Made by a program: the position numbers and the translations under genes
Notes under the pieces: model-generated
What the model was told of the DNA's origin: nothing
The model's database searches: none
What the model saw: only the letters and a program-made list of their open reading frames with translations
In this document: piece after piece, positions 55,508 to 55,610 of the stretch
Layout of the letters: every line of letters starts with the position of its first letter
Position numbering within the stretch: position 1 is the stretch's first letter
From: a virus
Taxonomy: Duplodnaviria > Caudoviricetes
DNA length: 55,610 nucleotides
Virus record (IMG/VR): IMGVR_UViG_3300032069_000013
Coordinates: 1-55,610 of that record
Strand: one strand, 5' to 3'

Positions 55508-55610
55508 TAAACCTAAACAGAGGAGTGAGTTATGAAAATTACACAGTATCAGTTATTAAAATCAGGTGTTGACAAATGGAACACCTGGAGAAAAGAAAAC
55601 CCCGGTGTTA
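55508..55610 (+). repeat. 103-bp exact copy of 53276-53378 (leader + 5' end of the pentapeptide gene)
   Basis: taaacctaaacagaggagtgagttatgaaaattacacag...cccggtgtta is identical at both places. Confidence 0.9.
55532..55610 (+). CDS. Pentapeptide-repeat protein, 5' part (joins 1-293)
   Basis: MKITQYQLLKSGVDKWNTWRKENPGV, then ...gtt a|ac ctg... in frame across the junction. Confidence 0.8.
   Translation, partial: MKITQYQLLKSGVDKWNTWRKENPGV

Noticed and set aside
53300-55610. Diversity-generating retroelement (template/variable repeat pair)
   Set aside because: No reverse transcriptase gene seen, and differences between copies are unit-order changes, not adenine-specific substitutions.
1-55610. 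Stop-codon reassignment, tRNA genes, integrase/prophage boundaries
   Set aside because: Standard-code ORFs tile the genome and end in TAA, TAG and TGA; no cloverleaf, integrase motif or host gene was recognised by eye (tRNAscan and HMM searches not run).

Overview
The window appears to be a complete or nearly complete, AT-rich, ~55.6 kb tailed-phage genome. It is siphovirus-like: HK97-type head, tail tube, G/GT chaperone frameshift, tape measure, no sheath gene seen. All credible genes are on the + strand, and joining the last base to the first restores an intact pentapeptide-repeat ORF. Order: early cassette region (53.3 kb through the junction to 1.8 kb); replication module (SNF2 helicase, RuvC-like, UDG, AAA/Sak4-like, SSB-like, family A polymerase, primase-helicase) bracketed by two related inverted-repeat elements; small accessory genes; ParB-like and PAPS-reductase genes; terminase and head; an ~11 kb glycan-modification cluster; then neck, tail and tip. 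No integrase, tRNA, reverse transcriptase or canonical CRISPR array was recognised. The most striking signal is at 11.2-12.0 kb: a stand-alone RAMP/Cas7-like gene flanked on both sides by non-coding arrays of an invariant AGC triplet alternating with variable dinucleotides, inside identical flanks. This is a candidate phage-encoded RNA-guided system using a non-contiguous code. All protein calls come from motif recognition by eye, not from database searches.
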